IMG/VR virus record: IMGVR_UViG_3300044625_000894
Span: 6,641 to 70,640 of that record
Strand: one strand, 5' to 3'
DNA: 64,000 nt
DNA from: a virus
Shown here: positions 9,502-18,944 of the stretch, piece by piece
Layout of the letters: each line of letters begins with the position of its first letter
Position numbering within the stretch: position 1 is the first letter of the stretch
Notes under the pieces: model-generated
Told to the model about the DNA's origin: nothing
Seen by the model: the letters and a program-made list of their open reading frames with translations, nothing else
Databases searched by the model: none
Program-made: the position numbers and the translations under genes

Positions 9502-10289
9502 TGTCTAATAAAAAACCAAAACTCATAACGGAATACTCTGTAGAAGAATTACTGGAACTAATGAATTCCAGTTCTTCTGATATTAATACTCATAAAGTTA
9601 TTCCGGATGATGAACGTACTGATAATCCGGTTATTAAGTTTTTAATCTACTACGATATCAAGCCCGGAACATATAGCATCAACATTAAAACGTTATACAA
9701 ACTCTTTAGACTTTGGAATAAAGATCATAAGATTGAAGAAGCTGAATTTGTAAGAAAACTTCACGGACAATTTCCATACGGCAATAAGAGATTCATAAAG
9801 ATCAATAAGTCATTAGCTAGTATTCTTATTCATCTTGAAGATAAACCTAAACGTGTAATCAATACAACTAAAGGTCAGAATCAATTACGCTATATGGAAG
9901 AGTTTCTTTCCGTTCATAATCTTAAAGCAGGAAAGATTTTTATAGAGTGTGACATTCTATATTATTTATTTGATTATTATAATCATAAGAAGAAACGTAA
10001 ACCTATTAACTTCATAGCGTTTGCATCCATGTGTAGGTTGTACTTTAAATCAAGACAACTTGGATATGGTTCCTTATGGTTCGGAGTTAATGAGGCGATC
10101 AAGGATATGATTACGCCTGAATGGATTAAAGTTTGGCGACAAGGAAGGGTCAAATATGGCTACATCAGCAAAAAAATGTCTAAAAAAAAGAAAGACCAAA
10201 TCTATACAACCCCGTGGTACGACGAAGAAGCTCAAAAAAAAGCAATCCTCTACCCCGAAAGTCTCCCGGAAAAAAAGTCGCAGAAGTAA
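9501..10289 (+). CDS. tandem winged-helix-like DNA-binding protein
   Basis: Two internal repeats FL...K.G...I....LY.LF..W/Y......F resembling the C-terminal wHTH of D5/P4-alpha primases. Confidence 0.5.
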   Translation: MSNKKPKLITEYSVEELLELMNSSSSDINTHKVIPDDERTDNPVIKFLIYYDIKPGTYSINIKTLYKLFRLWNKDHKIEEAEFVRKLHGQFPYGNKRFIKINKSLASILIHLEDKPKRVINTTKGQNQLRYMEEFLSVHNLKAGKIFIECDILYYLFDYYNHKKKRKPINFIAFASMCRLYFKSRQLGYGSLWFGVNEAIKDMITPEWIKVWRQGRVKYGYISKKMSKKKKDQIYTTPWYDEEAQKKAILYPESLPEKKSQK

Positions 10290-10740
10290 GACTAAGTATC
10301 CTGCCCTTAACCCACAATTCAATTTAAGAAGCCGTACTGAGCTTCTTGATTATGATTATCTTAATAAATTAAACGAACGAGAGTTAAAGTATCTTAATAA
10401 ATTCACAGAAGAATTTGTTAATGCTTCTGTTGATGTTAAGAAACGTTGGAGAAATCTCCATAAAACAAAAACATTAATTCGAGAATGCTTTAATCGAAAC
10501 AATGCAAGAAACAGAGACGTACTAACCCAACAGAAAGCTATGGGTAAACACATTTATTTAGATGATATTCAGGATGTTGGAAATCTAGGATCAATTGAAT
10601 CTATTGAAGATAGAATTGATATGCAGCTTTTAAATATTATCGACGGAAATGGGAACTTAATTGTTGATAACCTTAAAGTAACTGAGAACGGCAACAATCG
10701 TAGTACCAAGAGCAGAAACAGCAGTAAAAAAAGTAAGTAG
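10156..10740 (+). CDS. basic hypothetical protein, last gene of the + strand cluster
   Basis: 194-aa ORF with K/R-rich N-terminus and helical core DYLNKLNERELKYLNKFTEEF. Confidence 0.65.
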   Translation: MATSAKKCLKKRKTKSIQPRGTTKKLKKKQSSTPKVSRKKSRRSKTKYPALNPQFNLRSRTELLDYDYLNKLNERELKYLNKFTEEFVNASVDVKKRWRNLHKTKTLIRECFNRNNARNRDVLTQQKAMGKHIYLDDIQDVGNLGSIESIEDRIDMQLLNIIDGNGNLIVDNLKVTENGNNRSTKSRNSSKKSK

Positions 10741-10956
10741 TTTGAATATATTTTGCCAAGTAAATCGAATAGATTCTATTGGTTTAATTCTGTCAGAGAG
10801 ATGTAACACTTCATCTTGAAGAACGTCAGTACGTTTGATGTGATATGATAAATCTTTTTTCATATCAATTTGTGTTAATTCTAAATTGTGAAGATTATCA
10901 CGAATAACATCAATTTTTCGTTCAAGATCAATTAGAATTTCTGTATCTGTTCTCAT
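10657..10956 (-). CDS. coiled-coil protein with C-terminal TM helix (holin/XhlA-like)
   Basis: Heptad N-terminus, hydrophobic C-terminus; GGAGG upstream. Confidence 0.55.
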   Translation of the reverse strand: MRTDTEILIDLERKIDVIRDNLHNLELTQIDMKKDLSYHIKRTDVLQDEVLHLSDRIKPIESIRFTWQNIFKLLTFFTAVSALGTTIVAVLSYFKVINN

Positions 10957-10958
10957 GA

Positions 10959-12884
10959 TTAATCCTCCATTCCAATCATTCCCTTAGCAGCAGCACTTGC
11001 TTCAGGATTTTGTAATATCATAAATATCGCAGCGTTCTTTGCGTTGCCTTTTGGATTATTAAGAGCATCTTCAAGGGCTTGACCGATATGACCAATACCC
11101 GGAGTTTGCTTTAATTTTTGAGCCAAAGGCATTAATGTCGCATCAGAAGCTTTAACAAGCGCATTATTAAAAGATGCCACTTTATTTACAGCCTTACCTG
11201 CTACAATAGCTCCACCGTAACCGGTATAATCACCTAGCTTACTTATTAAGTCGCTAGTAGATCCACCTGCTCCAGTATGAGTTGTTACCAATTTATTACG
11301 AATTGCTCTTTGAGAAGCAACATCTTTAACTTCATCTAATAAATCTTTAATATTAAGTTTTAAATCTGGATGTTTTTTATTAAGATCATTAACACGTTGT
11401 TCCAATACACGAATGGTATTACGACCTTCATCACCTGCAGTAGATGGATCTCCAATATGTTTAAATAATTCTTGGAAATCTTTATAAAGCTTAGTTCTGA
11501 TTTCTTGTTTAGAGAAATCACTTTGCCAAATATCAGCAAGTTGTTCTGGAGTAGCTTTATTTAAAATAGTTTCAACTGTGGATGATCTGACATCCTTAAA
11601 TCTATCAAAAATCTCTCTACTGCTTTTACCTAAAATTTCTTCAGCATTAAGGACAGCATTATCTTTGATGCCTTTGCTTAATTCAGGAAGTTTATTTACA
11701 ATATCAACAAATTTAGAACCTTTTAATGTTCCAAGACCCTTAATATCAGCTTTTTCTAACCATCTACCAAAGTTATATGCTTCTGATGGAGACAGTTGTC
11801 CGGTGATATACTTGTCAGCATACTCTAAAAATATTTTAACTTCATTAGATGACATGCTTGACATCGCGTCACCTTGTCTACCAAGAACTTTGTAAATTCG
11901 CGCACTGATAGAATCAGGATCTCTAAATTGTTTTTTTACATCTTTAAATTCTACTAATTTATTTGCTTCTAAATCTTCAATAGCTCCTACAAGTTTATCA
12001 ATTACTTGTTCATCAGGAGCAACTTTAGTCCCCGTATCGTCAGCAGCTTGAAAGAAGTCAGTAAGTTCTTTTGATGTTTTAGCAATTGGACCTTCTTCTC
12101 CGTATATTGCTTCACCAAACTTTTGACCAGATTCTTCCATCTCTTTAGCTAAACGAGCTTCTGATTCTGAAGAAATAAATCCTTTTCCTTCTTTAGATTT
12201 CTCAAAAGCGGTTACAATATTTTTACCAAGAGGACTTGAGCTAGCTAATTTTTCTTTTAATGCGGGAAGTCCGTGAGTAAATCCAGTTCCAATAGTAGAA
12301 AGACCGCCACCTACAGCTCCCCCGGCAACTCCGTAACCTGCTATATCCTTAGCGTACTCAATAGGTTGTTCTATGTTTTTTTCAGAACCACCAATACCAG
12401 CAAGAGCCCCACCTTTAGCCCCCATGATTGCGCCTTGTTTAATAACTTCACTTGCCGGAAGTTTAGTAGCAACTTGTCCTGCTACACCCAATGCTTTAGC
12501 TGGCATCAATACTTTATTAATCGGACTGATAATACCACCAGCTAACTCTGTAGCAAATGCAGTCTTAGGATGTTCTTTTTCAATCTTTTTAATTGCTTCT
12601 TGTTCTGCTACTTGTTCTTTACGATATTTGTCATACCAATCTTTAGATGAAATATCGCCAGTTAACATTGATTTTGTTGCCATCAATGCTGCGGTAAGTT
12701 CATCCATATTGTTATATGTAACACCTTGACCAAATAATTTAGACAATTCTTTAAATGTTATATCTTTATCTACATCTTGACCAATATCTGAATCTGCAAA
12801 TGTTGGATCAGTATCTTCAAACTTTGGTTTATAGTCTGGATGTGGATCGGTATCTTCAAATTTAGGAACGTAATTTTCATCCAT
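10959..12884 (-). CDS. internal virion (ejection) protein
   Basis: N-terminal PKFEDTDP repeats, Gly/Ala-rich hydrophobic block, helical body; end of the ejection cluster. Confidence 0.65.
   Translation of the reverse strand: MDENYVPKFEDTDPHPDYKPKFEDTDPTFADSDIGQDVDKDITFKELSKLFGQGVTYNNMDELTAALMATKSMLTGDISSKDWYDKYRKEQVAEQEAIKKIEKEHPKTAFATELAGGIISPINKVLMPAKALGVAGQVATKLPASEVIKQGAIMGAKGGALAGIGGSEKNIEQPIEYAKDIAGYGVAGGAVGGGLSTIGTGFTHGLPALKEKLASSSPLGKNIVTAFEKSKEGKGFISSESEARLAKEMEESGQKFGEAIYGEEGPIAKTSKELTDFFQAADDTGTKVAPDEQVIDKLVGAIEDLEANKLVEFKDVKKQFRDPDSISARIYKVLGRQGDAMSSMSSNEVKIFLEYADKYITGQLSPSEAYNFGRWLEKADIKGLGTLKGSKFVDIVNKLPELSKGIKDNAVLNAEEILGKSSREIFDRFKDVRSSTVETILNKATPEQLADIWQSDFSKQEIRTKLYKDFQELFKHIGDPSTAGDEGRNTIRVLEQRVNDLNKKHPDLKLNIKDLLDEVKDVASQRAIRNKLVTTHTGAGGSTSDLISKLGDYTGYGGAIVAGKAVNKVASFNNALVKASDATLMPLAQKLKQTPGIGHIGQALEDALNNPKGNAKNAAIFMILQNPEASAAAKGMIGMED
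12805..12866 (-). repeat. 39-bp-period direct repeat encoding PKFEDTDP
   Basis: ggatcagtatcttcaaactttgg / ggatcggtatcttcaaatttagg. Confidence 0.75.
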
Positions 12885-12886
12885 GA

Positions 12887-15868
12887 TTATTCCCACCGTA
12901 TAAATTGTTTTGTGTCCGCATCGAATACTGCAGTTTTCCCTGTTTTACGATCAATGCGTTTTAATTCATTAACTTTGCTAGCTTTTTCAGATTTAGGTGT
13001 AGCACTTAATTCATCTAAAGTAATTCCGCGCTTATTAATATAATTTACAAAATCTTCGCCAACAACAGGATCATCGGCAAGTCTTCTCATTCCTGATAAA
13101 GCTTGAACTTCTTTATTTCGTAATTGCTCTGCAGCATATTTTTCTGCTCGCGCAGTAATTTTTACGATATCCTTTAAGTAGCTACCTTGATTACGTTGGA
13201 ACTGTCTATTAGACAAATATTCAGCAGCACTCATCCCGGTTTGATAACCGCTATTGAGTAAGAGTTTTTCCAAAGTTTTCTGCGCAGGAGTACCACTACC
13301 AGATAACATCGCATTTAATTCGATAGCGGCCTCGACCGCCTGAAGTTTTTTAGCTTCATCTAATTTAGATTCAACTTGAGAATCGCTCATAGATTCTAAA
13401 TCTTTAGGATTAACACCTAAAGTACCATAAATGTTTCCAGCTTGTTGAATACGATTTCTTAATCTTGTTCCAGAAGCTCCTCCCAATGATTCTAATTTCA
13501 TTGGTAATTGAGCAAAAGTTCTTTGATTAATTAATGATTTTTTATCTTCACGAGCGGTATCAGATTTTTCTTTAACGTAATCAGCACGAACTTGAGCATC
13601 ATACATATCTTTAAGCTGAGGCAAGATTTTAGTGATCTGCGCCCCAGACATATTATCAATAAGAGTAGGATCTACCTTCATTTTGTCCAGTACAGGTCTT
13701 GCTACATTTCTTAATGAAGCAGAATACTGACTTCCCGGATCTTCCATCTCTTTATCGGTCTGAGCTTTAAATTCAGACTCCATTTTTTCCGCTTCTTCTT
13801 GAAGTCCAGTGAACGGAGTTCCGCCTTTAACTTCAAACCCACTCATTGCTCCAGCAATACCGCGACCAGCTTGTTCAGCACCTTGTACAAGCATATTTAA
13901 TGCTCTTAAATTTTTAGCTTCATCTTGAATTTGTTTTAATTTTTCTACAGTATTTTGAGAAAATCCAGATTCTTTTTTAAGAAGATTTACATAATCTTGC
14001 ATCAAAGATGAATCATCTTTTTGTTCAGGTTCTTCAGGAGCTTGTTCAGCAAGAGGTTGTTGATCTTCTTTATTTAAGTATTTATCTCTTAACTCTTGCA
14101 AACGTTGAGTATCTAAATCTCGTTTTACATAGTCGGAAGATTTAGCTAACGGACCTTCAGGCATTACACCCCGTAATGCTAATTGTGCATCTTCAGGATT
14201 TTCTTCACTCAAATATTTAAATATTGAGTTTTCATCTTGATTAAATTTATGTATAGCAGGACTTCTATCAAGTTCTGAGAATTTTTGAGTTTTTAAATTT
14301 TCATCGCCTAATGTTTGTTTCCATTTATCGCTAAATCCTTTTACACGATTAATATATTCATCAGGATCAGTACCGCGTTTAATAACATCTTCTTTAGATG
14401 CACTAGGACCGCCTACATACCTAAGAAGTGCTTCTTCTGGAGTACCACTTTTATTATATCTATTTTGAATTGCTTTTTGATATAACAAAGATGCATCTAC
14501 TTGTTTCTTCCATTGAGAAGGATCTGAATGAACAGTTTTATAATCTAGGTCTTTAAGAACGCCTTCTTTATCTTCTTGTTGAGCATCAGCATAAGCATCT
14601 GGGAACATTTGACCCAGACCTCTAGCTCCGGTTTTACTAACTGCGTTTATATTAAAACCTGATTCTTGTTGAAGAATAGCTAATGCTTGAGCAGGATCAA
14701 TACCATAATGTTTCGCTTGTTCAATTGCGTAGTTTACAATTTCTCCCTTTGACGGAGTTTTATTTTCAGAAATAGAATCAGGGCTTCTATTTTGTGAATT
14801 ATCTTTATTAAAATTATATTCATCTAATTGATTTAAAATCTGTTCATTAGATAATCTTCCCATTTTAGATCGTTGGAAAAGATTCATATAGTCTTGAGGT
14901 TTCATTTTACTTGGAGTCTGATCAGAATCTCCATTAAGACTTCCCATTACAGTTTTAAATCCTTCGGTTAACTCAGGCTTAGTTCTTAACATATCAGCCA
15001 TTTTCTTACTATTATCACCGAATTCATTGTATTTATCTATTCCGTAAGATAAACCTTTACCCGCTAATGAACCTGCATATAATGGAGCAGCAACTTGAGG
15101 CTGACCTAAGAATAAAGAAGCTCCTGCAGCAGCACCCATACCACTTGATGCAGCATCCAAGTATTGTTTTTTACCAAGTTCTTCTTCAAAGTTTTTAGCT
15201 TCTCTCAATGTATCGAGAAACATCAATGGAGCAGCTACTTTTTTTGCAACAGGAACTACAGGAGCAACATACTTATTTTCTAAAATTTTATTACCAATTG
15301 AACCCATTCCTTTTAATGCTTCGTCAGACAAAGAACCTGCTTGTTCTAATAATTGTCCAATCTTACCTTTAGGAACAGTTTTTAATTTTGGAGATTTTAA
15401 TTTTTTAGCGCCAGTTGCTGTAAGTTCTTCGCCTTCTGGCATGTTAGGATATTGACGACGCATTTCTTCTGCAACATCGCCATAGTAATTTTTTGTGCTT
15501 GGGGTAGAAGTTTCAGGAACACTGCCCTTTTTCATTCCATATTGTTCAAGAAGTGATTCTTCTGCTTCAGCGAATGATCCAGCAGCTTCTGCAGCTTTTT
15601 CTGCTGTAGATAAATTATTTATAGGAGATACGTTAAGTGGTTGTTTTTTAATAGCAATATTTTTAGATGCAGGATTTCCTACCTCATAAGTATCGCTAGG
15701 AATTTTTACTTTAGATGCTTTTTTTACTTCAGAAGAACTTGTTAATGGAGATTCTAATTTTTGTTTAGTTGTCTTAATTTTTTCTTGCGGAACGACATCG
15801 ACAGCCTTAGTCACTTTACGCGCTCTAGCCACAGGTTTTTTAGTTTTTTTAGAATCTTTTTTAGCCAT
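12887..15868 (-). CDS. internal virion protein with SLT lytic transglycosylase domain
   Basis: ILQQESGFNINAVSKTGARGLGQMFP (catalytic ES, GLxQ) and a later YVGG motif. Confidence 0.8.
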   Translation of the reverse strand: MAKKDSKKTKKPVARARKVTKAVDVVPQEKIKTTKQKLESPLTSSSEVKKASKVKIPSDTYEVGNPASKNIAIKKQPLNVSPINNLSTAEKAAEAAGSFAEAEESLLEQYGMKKGSVPETSTPSTKNYYGDVAEEMRRQYPNMPEGEELTATGAKKLKSPKLKTVPKGKIGQLLEQAGSLSDEALKGMGSIGNKILENKYVAPVVPVAKKVAAPLMFLDTLREAKNFEEELGKKQYLDAASSGMGAAAGASLFLGQPQVAAPLYAGSLAGKGLSYGIDKYNEFGDNSKKMADMLRTKPELTEGFKTVMGSLNGDSDQTPSKMKPQDYMNLFQRSKMGRLSNEQILNQLDEYNFNKDNSQNRSPDSISENKTPSKGEIVNYAIEQAKHYGIDPAQALAILQQESGFNINAVSKTGARGLGQMFPDAYADAQQEDKEGVLKDLDYKTVHSDPSQWKKQVDASLLYQKAIQNRYNKSGTPEEALLRYVGGPSASKEDVIKRGTDPDEYINRVKGFSDKWKQTLGDENLKTQKFSELDRSPAIHKFNQDENSIFKYLSEENPEDAQLALRGVMPEGPLAKSSDYVKRDLDTQRLQELRDKYLNKEDQQPLAEQAPEEPEQKDDSSLMQDYVNLLKKESGFSQNTVEKLKQIQDEAKNLRALNMLVQGAEQAGRGIAGAMSGFEVKGGTPFTGLQEEAEKMESEFKAQTDKEMEDPGSQYSASLRNVARPVLDKMKVDPTLIDNMSGAQITKILPQLKDMYDAQVRADYVKEKSDTAREDKKSLINQRTFAQLPMKLESLGGASGTRLRNRIQQAGNIYGTLGVNPKDLESMSDSQVESKLDEAKKLQAVEAAIELNAMLSGSGTPAQKTLEKLLLNSGYQTGMSAAEYLSNRQFQRNQGSYLKDIVKITARAEKYAAEQLRNKEVQALSGMRRLADDPVVGEDFVNYINKRGITLDELSATPKSEKASKVNELKRIDRKTGKTAVFDADTKQFIRWE

Positions 15869-15904
15869 TTTATATATTCCTGAAGAATTATTGAGGATTA
15901 TATA

Positions 15905-15914
15905 TAGTTGTTAA
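15905..15914 (-). promoter_or_regulatory. TTAACAACTA motif (putative late promoter)
   Basis: Overlaps the upstream TAA; 36 nt before ATG 15868. Confidence 0.65.
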
Positions 15915-17020
15915 GCGAGTTCTGTTGGATTAAATTTTAAGGCATTAATATCCTGAGGACTAACATCAATTCCTAAATCCGATCCTAAACCGCTAGGATC
16001 AGCCCCTGTCCACAAATTTTTTGAAATATTATCAGCACCGATATTGGTAGTTTTTGGCATATTTGCCATACCATAAGCCATGAATCCTTTACCCACACCA
16101 CTACCGATATCAGACCACATCTTAGCCTTCGCACTACCAAGACCCATTCCAACATTTGCTTTATTGCCCATAAGATTGGCAATAGCACCTTCTTTAGACA
16201 TTTGTCTATCAAACATAGCCATAGGAGCTTCATGTCCTCTACGAAGTGCTTCAGCTTGCGATCTTTGAATATTAGCATTAGATGTTGCTTGCTCTTGTTG
16301 TCTTCTTGCTCTGTTTGCTTCTTCTTGCCACGCTTTATTTTGCATCTCTCTGTTAGTGGCATACTTCATCATCATTTCATCACGAAGATTTCGAGCTTGA
16401 ACATTTGATTGTTCAACACCAAGATCAGTCTGACGCATACCAGAAGCCATATTATAAAGATTTTGTAATTGAGCTTGTCTATTTTGAGAAGCATTAGCTG
16501 CTGCTTGCATATTCTCCATAGACTGACGATCTGCTCCGCCTTGTATCGCCGCTAATTGAGAGGCAAGTTCTTGTCCACCACCAGCAATACCGCGTTGTTG
16601 CGCACCTGATCTAGCTGAAGCCATTTGAGCTAGAACATCTTGAGATGTTTTTCTTCTAGCTTGCTCCATTGCGAGTTTATCTTCAGGACTTAATCCTGTT
16701 CTAGTAGCTTGTTCTACTTGAGCATAAACTTTTTCTTGTTTTAGTTTGTTTTCAGGATTTTCACGAATTAAAGCGAGTGGAGCATTTTCTTCAATTGTTT
16801 TATTTAATGCTTGAGGAGTAAAATCACCAACAGTCATAAACTGTTGATAAATAATTTCTTTAGTAATGTCAGGAATTTGTAATCCATTAATTCTTGCAAT
16901 TGCAGAATCTAACAAGGCTTGAGCTTTTTTTGCTTCTTCTGAAGCAGCACTTCCGCCCAGAATACCGCCTAGAATATTAGCTCCTGCAGCACCAATTGCC
17001 GCCATTGTCATTGGTTCCAT
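15911..17020 (-). CDS. internal virion / DNA pilot-like protein
   Basis: MEPMTMAAIGAAGANILGGILGG N-terminus and Q/A-rich coiled coil typical of podovirus ejection proteins. Confidence 0.7.
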   Translation of the reverse strand: MEPMTMAAIGAAGANILGGILGGSAASEEAKKAQALLDSAIARINGLQIPDITKEIIYQQFMTVGDFTPQALNKTIEENAPLALIRENPENKLKQEKVYAQVEQATRTGLSPEDKLAMEQARRKTSQDVLAQMASARSGAQQRGIAGGGQELASQLAAIQGGADRQSMENMQAAANASQNRQAQLQNLYNMASGMRQTDLGVEQSNVQARNLRDEMMMKYATNREMQNKAWQEEANRARRQQEQATSNANIQRSQAEALRRGHEAPMAMFDRQMSKEGAIANLMGNKANVGMGLGSAKAKMWSDIGSGVGKGFMAYGMANMPKTTNIGADNISKNLWTGADPSGLGSDLGIDVSPQDINALKFNPTELA

Positions 17021-17030
17021 AATTTACTCC

Positions 17031-18500
17031 TTAACTTAATCCGTACATTTTATTAATGTAGTCTTGCAAAGACATTGTATTTTGTTCTCTTAATGCAAGT
17101 CGATCTCTTGATTGATATTTAGGCGCAAGTTTTTGTCTAATTAAATCCTGAATTGCACCATCAGTTACAGAGTCGATGTATTCATCACTTGCTCCAAACC
17201 AATCAGTTCTTCCGTTTTCGTCATCCATTCTTTGTCTAACAGATTGAACAACGTCACGACCTAAAATTCCTTCAGCCATTGACATGTAATCTAAATGAGA
17301 CACTCTACCTCTAGCATTAACTACGTTTTCTAATTGAGGAATATCTTGAATATTAGATTTTTCTTGTTCAGCTTGTGCGCGCTGTTCTTTCATTGATGCT
17401 AAATTCTCAACATCTTTGTCACCAACAGCAAATGCTGCTTTATCTTTTTCAGAAGCAATCTTAGCGCCTTTAGCTTCATCTTGTTGGAATTGTGATAATT
17501 TTTGAAGAGCCTGACGTTGAACATCTCCGTAACGAGCATTAACTCCTGTAGTTGCTCCAGAAGCAATTTCTTGCAATGCTCTTGCTGCAGCTTGTGGATC
17601 ACTGGTATCGAGTTTGGACTGTCCAGCTCCAATACCAAATTTGCCCATGTTTTTAAGAAGTTGACGATCAAGGGCTGCTTGTTGTTCGTTGTATTCCGTT
17701 CCTCGTTCGCCTTTTACATATCCTTGAGATTGAGGATTTGCTAAAAGTTCAGCAAGACGACCTGCTTCTTTAGAATACATCTGTCCGCGTTCTTTAGCTC
17801 GTTGTTCCATCTCATTAACAGAAGATTGAACTCCACCAAGAACTCTAGCCTTCTCTTTATCAATCCCGGTGTCCATCGCTTGCGCACGAGCCTGAGCTAA
17901 TTTTGCAGAACTTAATACATCTTCAGGGAGAGTTGATACAGCTTCTCTAGCTTGTTGTAATTGTCTTTGGCCTTCAGCACTTTGACCAAGAAGCATCTGA
18001 TCCATAGCTCCTTGACCTTTAGTATAACCAGTTTTACCTGCGACAAACTGCTTTAATAATTCTTGTTGTCCTTGACCGCTAGTAGTCATAGTTCCAAGCT
18101 GACCTGCACCAACTGCTGATCCGAGCATTCGTTGTGAATCTTCTAATCCTTTTGGACCAGTGTATTTTGCTTCTTGAACTTTTTTACCAATTTCAGCGTA
18201 ATCAACATTAGCTTCTTTAGTGCGTTTAGCGTAATCTTCGTCGCTCTCATCACTACGTTTAGCCATTGCACTACCTTGTTGTAGCGTACCAAGTACAGGT
18301 TGAGTTGTTTGTTGAAATCCTGTGTTAAATTTTTGTTGAGCTTGTCCTAATTGATTTTGAACGTTCTGACCAGCAGTTTGAATTCCTTGCGCAACTTTCC
18401 CTGCCATCTGTTGACCTGCGCCAACGTTAGCCCCAACGATACGACCAATATTCGTAAACCCCGTACCTTTTTGACGGTTTTTAGGTTGATTTTGAAACAT
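17031..18500 (-). CDS. Q/G-rich internal virion protein
   Basis: Composition and position between the nozzle and pilot genes. Confidence 0.6.
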   Translation of the reverse strand: MFQNQPKNRQKGTGFTNIGRIVGANVGAGQQMAGKVAQGIQTAGQNVQNQLGQAQQKFNTGFQQTTQPVLGTLQQGSAMAKRSDESDEDYAKRTKEANVDYAEIGKKVQEAKYTGPKGLEDSQRMLGSAVGAGQLGTMTTSGQGQQELLKQFVAGKTGYTKGQGAMDQMLLGQSAEGQRQLQQAREAVSTLPEDVLSSAKLAQARAQAMDTGIDKEKARVLGGVQSSVNEMEQRAKERGQMYSKEAGRLAELLANPQSQGYVKGERGTEYNEQQAALDRQLLKNMGKFGIGAGQSKLDTSDPQAAARALQEIASGATTGVNARYGDVQRQALQKLSQFQQDEAKGAKIASEKDKAAFAVGDKDVENLASMKEQRAQAEQEKSNIQDIPQLENVVNARGRVSHLDYMSMAEGILGRDVVQSVRQRMDDENGRTDWFGASDEYIDSVTDGAIQDLIRQKLAPKYQSRDRLALREQNTMSLQDYINKMYGLS

Positions 18501-18515
18501 AGCAAATACCTATTA

Positions 18516-18525
18516 TAGTTGTTAA
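18516..18525 (-). promoter_or_regulatory. TTAACAACTA motif (putative late promoter)
   Basis: 2 nt after the upstream stop; 15 nt before ATG 18500. Confidence 0.65.
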
Positions 18526-18527
18526 AC

Positions 18528-18944
18528 TTAACTAATTACTAATACCTTAACCAAATAGTTTTTATTTGGCTGAAGACCCTTGATATTTGTAACGGTGACT
18601 AGACCGCTTGCTGAACTGTAAGACACAATTACCCCTGATGATGGCAGTAAATTTGGATCATTATATCCGGCAACTTGGATTACCAGTACACCTTCTATGT
18701 TAGTAGAACCGTTACTTAGTTTGAATTGAGTTTTTTGTATCGGGTATCCATCAGCATCTACCGTGACTCTAAATTCTGCGATAGTACTAGCAATGTTATC
18801 ATAAAAGTTTAATTTACCATTAAGCGCATTGAATAACGTATCAAACCCGTTATTGATGGATACAGATAATTGATCAATCAAACTTTTATATTCATCAGGA
18901 TAGTCGTTTTTAACAATCCGTCGATAACTTGACAGTTTAGCCAT
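18528..18944 (-). CDS. putative tail-associated virion protein
   Basis: Translationally coupled to the nozzle gene. Confidence 0.6.
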   Translation of the reverse strand: MAKLSSYRRIVKNDYPDEYKSLIDQLSVSINNGFDTLFNALNGKLNFYDNIASTIAEFRVTVDADGYPIQKTQFKLSNGSTNIEGVLVIQVAGYNDPNLLPSSGVIVSYSSASGLVTVTNIKGLQPNKNYLVKVLVIS

